A DNA stretch of 62,738 bases, the filler included. It is 9 parts of 9 records of this genome, joined end to end, with 100 filler letters (N's around TTAATTAATTAA, not from the genome) between each part and the next. Parts side by side here need not be neighbours in the genome. Positions count along the whole stretch, not along the records: positions 42,401 to 58,990 come from SRR15195285_180; 8 more parts are not named here. One strand, given 5' to 3'. How positions within the stretch are numbered: position 1 is the first letter of the stretch; each line of letters starts with the position of its first letter. This document shows, piece by piece, positions 45,401 through 54,400 of this stretch. The position numbers and the translations under genes are program-made. The notes beneath the pieces are model-generated. The model made no database searches, was not told the DNA's origin, and worked only from the letters and a program-made list of their open reading frames with translations.

Positions 45401-48400
45401 ACGGATTCAGATGCCTTCAACTACAGTCCGTCCTCTAATATCGATGACGGCAGTTGCGTTCCAAAGATGCATGGGTGTACGGTGCCCGGAATGTTCAATT
45501 ACAACGACTCTAAAAACACCAATGATGGATCCTGCGTCCCAGTTGTAGAAGGGTGCACCAATATTACGTCAGCGAATTTCAAAGCAGCCGCAAATACCGA
45601 CGATTTCAGTTGTGTGGATCCGACCCGAGGCTGGGTTTACTTGTACGTGGCTAGTCATGCCACTGCGATGAGCTGGGGGATCACTGGGGCTGGAGGGTCT
45701 ACCGGCGGTAGCCTTGCCGAAGGCACTCTTTTGCCCTCTGATGAGTACGCCGTGCGATTTGACGGCGAGTACAGCGTGCGACATCCTGCTCGTTTAACGG
45801 TCGGCGAGAACGTTTTGACAGTCGCTGCAGCTGGTGGCAATGGGTGGCCAGGAGCGACCCTGTCGATCCGGCAGGGAGATGATAACATAGTGCTGCAGAC
45901 GTTCCTGACACTCGCGTTCGGAACAAGCCCTGGAAAACTACGATTTGCGTACCAGACAAACATTACTTTTAAGGTTAACTGTACGCACCACAGCCAATGT
46001 GGGACGTTTCAGTATTGCAGTAAGACTGGCGACTGCCGTCGGTGCGGGTCCAACCCCGTCGATATCTGCCAGGCCCGCAATGACTCCGTTGCAGCTCCAG
46101 TTCACGAGGTGCTAGAACGCAGTCGACAAGCGCTAGCCCCTCCGAATGGAAATGGATTCGTTGAAATGACAACGGCCTGCCCAGACAAGTGCGAAGTCTT
46201 TCTCGGGTGTACGAATCGAGGCGCTGCTAACTACAACGCATCCGCCAATATCGATGATGACTCATGCAATGTTACAGGGTGTACTGACACCCGTGGTGCA
46301 AATTTCGTGTCGGAAGCAAATCATGACGATGGCACGTGCATGTTCATGGGCTGCATTGATAGTACCGCTGTCAATTTCGATTCGACCGCTAACATGGACG
46401 ACGGAAGCTGTGTCCCGACGGTCCTAGGATGTACGGACACCATGGGTGCAAATTACAATATCTCCGCAACTGTGGACGATGGCAACTGCATAATCGACCC
46501 GTGTCGCTTGGACACTGGTGACTGCGATGTCCATGCGGTTTGTACTCATGTGGGTCCGGGAATGCATCTGTGTGAGTGCAGTGCGGGGTTTGTTGGGAAC
46601 GGATTTGTCTGCAGTGCTGCCGACACGTCTAGTATCGTTGGAGCAGAAGCAGCCGTGAGTCCACGTTTGGGTCCGATAGAAGGAGGTACTACCGTCTATG
46701 TTTCCCTTGACCGCTTGCACTGGCGCGGCAGTAGCATTACCCACGTCACTCCAGTCGTCGCTGGTCTCGATAGCCAAGATCGACTGCACAATGTGTGTGA
46801 GACTGACGAGCTGCGCCTAGCTCATGGTGCTATTGGCTTCGATGCATCTGTGCTGCTCGCTGAAGCTCCCGAATGCGCCAGTGTCATTCGTGCCCCACCA
46901 AACTATATCATCAGACTTACATTCTGGGAATGGACGATTGCTGGTGAAGATGCACTACACGTTTACGATGGGGTAAACATGAGTTCTCCGTTGCTTGGGA
47001 CGTTCGGTAAGTCGGACGGGCTCACGTACGGCACCCTATATTCGCTGTCAAGCAATATGTACCTCAAGTTTGCATCACACGCTGCGCATACATCTACTGT
47101 GTGGAGTGCAGATTGGACTTTTGTTAGGAAGGATTCCACGGATACTGAGCACATCAGCATTCCACCTTCTTTGGTCCTCGGCAATGCGTCAGGCAGTGTG
47201 GCCTTACACGTCTCTGAGGAGCGTGGTGTTGGGACTGCCCTTCTTTCCTGCTCTTTTGGCGAAACAGTTGTTCCCGGCATGGTGTACAATCGAACGCATA
47301 TGCGCTGTGTTTCACCGAAGGCAGATGCTGCCCACGCCGTCAACCTCACCGTTGGGTTCGGCGCTAAAAACAGCACGCGATGGATCCAGTGGATACACGC
47401 AAACGAGAGCTTCCAGTACTACATTGCTACAGTGACGCACATCGACCCTGATCATAGCGATCATAATGCCAGCAGTCTTGTCGAGCTGACCTTGGAACCG
47501 CACCTTCAAGCCGCCGTGCACTCAGACGTTGTGTCGTGCAGGCTCCAACTGTTGCATAGAGGGTCAGTAAGGGATGAGCTGTACTTTCCAGCGCAGCATG
47601 CAACCTCTGGCTTTGTGCTCTGCTTGTTGCCACCAGTTCGGAATGCCATGCATGCTGTTGTTGATGTTGCGCTCAATGGTCAACAGTACACGTCCTCTGG
47701 CGTGCGGTTTGCTTACACCCCTGCTGTGCTAAGCATCTCGCCAGAATTCGGCCCCGCATCGGGAGGGACAATGCTAGAGGTGCAGGGCAGTGGTTTCATC
47801 GACGGCGCGGAGCAGCTTTGTCGACTGTACAACCTTTCGCACCATATCGATATTGTAGTTCCAGCATTGAGCTTAAATGGGTCGACTGGACTTTGGTGCC
47901 CTCTGCCGAGCGAACAACGATTTGCGCCAGGGACGGTGTTGATAGTGTCAGTCACAGTAGATTCGTGCGCTCATTCTTATGGCGATAATATCAACACCAG
48001 TGCTTTCGCCTACAGTCAACACAATTGCTCCTTCGGAAATCACTTTAGCGGCCGAAGACTACACAAAAGAGACGAGTTTACTGTGTACGAAGACCCACAC
48101 GTCCTCACCATTGCTGGCGGAGGAAGTCATGCTGGTGGGGATGTGCTTGTACTTGAGACACACTTGGTGACTACTACTACTCGACGGATCTACTGCGGGT
48201 TCTTCAGCACTGCGCCAGGTCATAGCCACGCACAGAACGAACTGTTTCAAACCATAGGTACATACAATCAGTCGCTAGACACAGTGTCATGTACATTGCC
48301 AACGAGATCTCAGGCTCTTTCTTTGTCACAGCTCCGCGTTGAAATTTCGTTGAATGGCCAGCAGTACACAGATGACGGGAACTTGTTCACACTGTACGAT

Positions 48401-51400
48401 CCTATGGAGCCCCCTCACATATATACGGTGTCGCCGTCCAGCGGGCCCAAAGCTGGAGGCACTCTGGTGACTGTGGTGGGCTCCAATCTAGCCGGAATCG
48501 TCGGTCTAGATTGCTCTTTCAACGGTATCCGCAGCGGGAGATATGCTCTGCAAACTGGCTTGTTATCAGCCTTTCGGCCCGCTCAATTTCTTTCGGGTAA
48601 CCACGAGCTTTCTAGTGTCGTATGTTTGACCCCTCCTAACTACCGTGACCAGGAAAACACGTTTGGAAATACTGCAGCTGGAGTCGTTGATTTGCATGCC
48701 ACAAATGATAACGGTGCCCATTGGAGCAACTCGATACCGTTCACTTACCTGGCAAGCTCACCATCTTTCACCACTGCATCAATTACGGTTGCAGGTGTAG
48801 ATGTGACATCTAGTGATAGCATTACGATACTGCCGTTGGATGCCATATCTGTTGCTGTACAAGCGCGCGATGATACTGGCATCAATCAAACCCAAGGTTC
48901 AGATTTAGTATCCGTCGTCGCTACACAGGTGTGTACCTCAGACGAACCTGGTCACCGCTGCGACGCAGCTGCTGAGCGGGCTGTCGTCCAGGCTCAGGTT
49001 GTCGATCTGGATCGGCACTACAATCCTGACTGGGGTGGTGCTTCCATACCAGGCAGATACGCTGCGACACTAAGTTTGACTGTTAGTGGAAATTATGAAC
49101 TAGCAGTGATGATGGATGGAATTGCAATCATGCACAGCCCGTGGGCAATCAACGTACGACACGGCCCCGCGTCTCTCAACGCCAGCAGGGTGTATGGTTC
49201 TGGTCTGATTGATGCTCGGGCTGGTCACTCTGCTCAGTTCACTCTTCAAGCTCGCGACAGGCACGGTAACAATCATACAGACGCGCGGGGTCCTCTTGGT
49301 TTTTGCGTCCATATTTCCCCATTCCCGGAGCACAAGACATGCTCTGTATGCACGGCATGTCCATTTCCTGATGCAGACGGAACATACTGGGCGACGCGTG
49401 AGCATTTATATCCACCTTCGTGCGTCCCTCGTTCTAGCTGCAACGGGAACACTGTGATTGGTTCATGTTCTGCGGTGTCTTTTTCTGGGCATCTGGTGGA
49501 ATCGCGTTCGTGTCTACACCCAGAGGAATGCTTGGAGGTGAATACGTGGTCGCATTTGAGCTCAATCGATTCTCGGCGACCGTCTCTCACCTGCGAATAC
49601 GATGACTGTGGGTCCTTGTGTACGAATTCCGACGGCTCTCACACGATGTACTGGACTCCCACTGCGGCAGTGAGGCACGATATTTTGATCAGCTACGATG
49701 CAGCACCAGTATCTGGTACCCCTTTCGAAGTAGAGGTCAGGTCGGGTGAAGCAAACGCAACCCTCTGTGAAGTTTCTGGAGAATATGACGCAGATGGCTT
49801 GGTTGACGTATATCGCGTAGTTCTAGTCACTGTGTTGGATTCGTTTAGCAACCGCGTTGTGAGCGGAGTAGAGGTGTTTTGGACGCTCGAGTCTGAAGAC
49901 CTTGCTGTCGGCCGCCTGTATGGCAAAGCTATGGACGATGGAAATGGAGTGCATAATGCTACCTTTGCTGGTGATACAGCCGGCAACTATCACTTCTCGA
50001 TGCGCCTCATGTCAGCCGCATCTCCGCGAGGTGAGGAACTTGGAACCTGGACCTTCCGTCTTGACGAGGATTGTAGAGATCCATCGGTCTGCGTCACATT
50101 TGAATGGTTCGTGCCTGATTTCCCATCGTGTCCGCGTTCGTGTGGCATTGCTGAGTCCACCATGACTCGTGCTGTCTTATGCATGGGCAGTGATGGAAAC
50201 GAAGCTCAGAATTACGCATTGTGCAAAGGTGACAGACCTGTTGACACGCGTGTATGCCTACCAACGCCGTCGTGCGTCACATACGAGTGGTTTGCACCCG
50301 ACTTCCCCGTGTGTCCAACTGCTTGCCGTCTGCCAGTTTCGACCCAAACGCGCACGGTGACCTGCCTAGGAAGTGATGGTTCCACTGTCGATGAGCCATT
50401 GTGTACTTCGGCCCAGCCGGCAACAACCAATATTTGCACCGCGACTCCAAATTGCACTGACTTGATCATATTCGAGTGGTTCGGACCGAGATTCGCCGAG
50501 TGTCCTTCGGCGTGTGGCTTAGCGGACTCACTTCTTCAACGAGAAGTGCTTTGCGTGGGCAATGACGGTAGTATAGCGCTGGATCCTGCGGACTGTAGTG
50601 ACGCGATGCCAGCGGAAAACCGGCACTGCAACGCAACTGAACCGTGTGTCACATACGACTGGTATGCGCCGCAATTCCCGTTGTGTCCAACAGCATGCGG
50701 CTTGTTGTCATCTGTGCATTCGCGCGTAGTGCAGTGTTTGGGCAGCGACGGTACGGCTGCTGAGCCATCACTGTGCACCAAGGTGCAACCAGCAACCACA
50801 TCTGTGTGCAGCTCAACACCGCGCTGCCCGGTTGATGACGGCAGCTGGAGCTACAGCAGCGACTCGTGGACTGGTGATAGTGCTTCTGGGTCCTCCGCTG
50901 GAGATGTGCTTGGTTGCGATGACACAAGTCACTCTCTGGCCTCATTAGGCGACCAGCTATGCCATCCATTCTTTGACTGCCACAATCTTGATTATGACCA
51001 AGGTGACTGTGGCGTGTGCGGACAACCCAGTATCATCAATGTATCTAGCAGCCTAGATGCGTCTCTGTACCGACTAAATCTCTATCTGAGTATCCCAGCA
51101 GTCATCCTTGGTGCCGGAAGCAGTACTTGTAGTGATCACATTCGACAAGTGGTCCGCAGGGGACGGATAATATCGGACATACAGAGCCTGCTAGGGCGGG
51201 ACTGTACCGCAAGACTCGTGACCAGTACCCACATCCAAGTGCAGCTGGTTTTTGGTGGCTACTTGATGCCGAACGATCAGATTTTCTTCAGCGAATGCCT
51301 GCTGCATACAGAAGACATGGGCCACCGGGCGTTAGCAGTGACTACAACAGTGTCAGCTCCGGACATGCACACCCCTATGATTGCGGAGATTTTTGCTCCA

Positions 51401-54400
51401 GGAGAGGTTGGACCTTGCTCGGTCTTACGCCTGTCCGGTGCGGCACACAACAGCCGAGGCCCGAGAGCTCTAGGCGTTCTGTGGACGACAAACTACACCA
51501 GCGCCGGGGCACAAGTCCTGCATTCTCAGCTAGTCGAAGCCTCAAACCAGAGCGCGTTGACCATCAATGTTGACTTCGGTGCCGAATCTGACAGAGGTGC
51601 CTATTACTCATTCAACTTGACCGTGATTAACCTCATTACTGGGATTACGAGCAGTGCGTTTCACACAGTGTTTCGTTCGCAAATGGATATTCCATCTGTC
51701 GTCATAGCTGGACCACAGACCGTAAAGGTTCGTCGTTCGCGAGATCTCGTCATCGTTGCCAAGGCGGAAAAGCCAGGATGTGCGTCGAGTGGAGACTTAC
51801 AGTATTCGTGGGCTGTGGTACTGCCCAGCAACGTAACGCTCAGTGGTAGTCTTGAGTCGTCAACCCTGTACATCCCTGCGTTTACTTTCATTCCAGGCGA
51901 AATCGTAACACTACAGGTTGTTGTGTCGGTCGCTGCGGACGCAGCCGCGGCAGCCTCGGCTTCGGTCGCAGTTCATTGTGAAGCAGACGAGCTTGTGCCA
52001 GACATTAGAGGCGGTAGTCGGTCTGTTCGCAACAGCGCTGCATTCATTCTTGACGCATCCAATTCACTAGATCCCTCAGACCCGACGAATGCGTTGTCGT
52101 CGATGCTGTACCATTGGCATTGTGACATGATTGTGACAGCTGCAGCACACCGAAGTGACGAGGGTGGGTCGTGGATGAGCGAGCCCAGCTTGCCATGCTC
52201 TGCTTCATTTGGCGACAACAATGCTGAAACGCTCTCAGTCAACGCAACTAAGTTGCAACCCGGGGCCGACTACAGGTTCACCGTCACGGTTGCCAAAACT
52301 TATCGGCGCGAAGCAACCATCTCTGCCATCGTTTCTGTTGCCCAGAACTTGAACCCACCGATTGTTGCAATCGACGTTGCGGTACAGGCCAAATACAACG
52401 TCGGGGATAAGCTCTCCTTGCGGAGCGATCTGGATGCCGGAGCGACTGACAGCGAGGCTGCATTTGCTTGGAGCTGTACAGTCTCACCCCGAGGTGAAGC
52501 TGTTGATCTCACAGTTCCAGGCCTGTTATTGACCAGCACTGAGAACAGTAACCTTGTTGTCGCGCCCAATGTCCTGCGGCCTGGAAATTACTACACCTTT
52601 CGCGTGTCTGTGGCTGCATCTAATGGTGTCGGGTTCAGCGAGTTGACACTAGAAACCAATACACGTCCTCAAGATGGCTCGGTAACGGTGAACCCAGAGA
52701 CCGGCACTGCTCTACAAACGACTTTTGTTATATCTTCACTGAGCTGGTATGACGAAGATCTACCATTGCAGCACAAATATGGCTTTGAAATAGATGGCAC
52801 ACGAAGTGCGTTGAGTGACTTCGAAGGGTCGCAATCAATTGACACAGTGCTCCCGTCGTCACCCGATCCGTTCCCTGTGTTCGTTGAAGTTGCGGACTCA
52901 TACCTTGCAACAGCCAGCGCCGAAGCCTTAGTGGAAGTAGATGCTTACGTGCCCACAGCATCGCTGGCCGAAGATAGTTCGACTATGCTGGCAGAACTGA
53001 CCAGTAAGGGTGACATTACTGCTATACACGCCCTTGTGGATGTGCTTGCTGCTTTTTTGAACGGCCTGGCCCCGACGCGACGGCAGCTTGATGAGTCTTC
53101 TGCTGTGTCAGATACTGATGCAGCGGTGACACGAGTTTTACTGATAACTGCTCTATCCGATATTGTCCAAAGTTTGCCAATGACTCCAAGCACACTTTCT
53201 CGGTTCGCGGGAACAATTCAGGCCGCTACAGCCGGACAACTAGTAGAGCCTAGAGCGGTTGACCGTGCGCTGGTCGTGTTGGAGAAACTGACACTCGGAG
53301 TTGAGCAGCGTGTTGGTGGGGCAGTAGCTCCAGCGACAATGCGCGCAATGGTAGTCACCGCAAGCAACGTAATCCGGAGTATAATCACGGGCCACATTGA
53401 CAGTGGTTGGGCAATTACAGGGGGTGAAGCCCAGACCAGGAGCAGCTCCGTGCTTGGGATGCTTGAACGGCTTTTGACAGGCTTGCAGCGTGGACGTGTT
53501 GCTGGCGAATTTCCTTTCGCTCTCCAGACACTTGAGATGGACCTTCAATTGTACACTGACTTCACAGCAGTGCTTCAAGGACGGCAGCTAGGCTTTGTCC
53601 AAATGAGTACTGGTGTAGGTGGCTCAGATACCAGTAGTGAACAAGTTGTGATGCATGCCCTGACGACAAATTGGCGTGTTAATCCGTTGTTTTATGCGTC
53701 ACCTAGAGTTCTGTACCGCGAAGCCCAACTGGTACTAGCTACTGAGCCAGCCATGCTTAGCCTGTCAGTACAGGACGGTGAACGTCGCAGGCTTCAGCAC
53801 CACCCAGCCGCTGATACAACACTGAGTCCTTTTACAGTGACGTTATCGCGCACACCTGCACATCTGCAAAACGGTGAAAACATTAGCCATTGGCATTGCG
53901 CGCAGTGGATTGATTACAGCTGGCTGATTCGCGCACCTGCTCAGGCCGTTTCTACAGATTCCGTCATGTGCAAATTCAATGCCCCCGGTACTTACTCAGC
54001 ATTTTATGGGGTACTGCCACCTCCTCCCGCTCCGACAGGAGAAGGTGGTGATTCAGGGATTGTTGGTCTGAGTGACGATGTGTCTGACAACACTGAACAG
54101 CAGCAAATTGTTGCGCTTGCCGTAGGCGGTAGCATGTTGGGTATAGGGGTACTTGGATGGCTGTCGAGTCTTTTTGGTCATTTGATGGCCTGGCGAGGGC
54201 TCGTTGCCAACCTGCGGAAGACAAAAGCGTTCAAAGCGTATCTTGTGTCTGGCAGTGCCCTGTTTGAATTACCGCGTGCAGTGCTGAAAGAGGACGAGCG
54301 GCCATCCCACTTGTCAGTGGCTGCTCACAGAATCCGTGCGCACGGCACGGTATGCAGTCTGCTCTGCTGCTATCGTGGTGTGCTATCGCAACGGCTATCA

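Noticed and set aside
42800-46500. Periodic repeats resembling a CRISPR array
   Set aside because: Repeats are at protein level with degenerate codons; no identical DNA repeats or cas genes.
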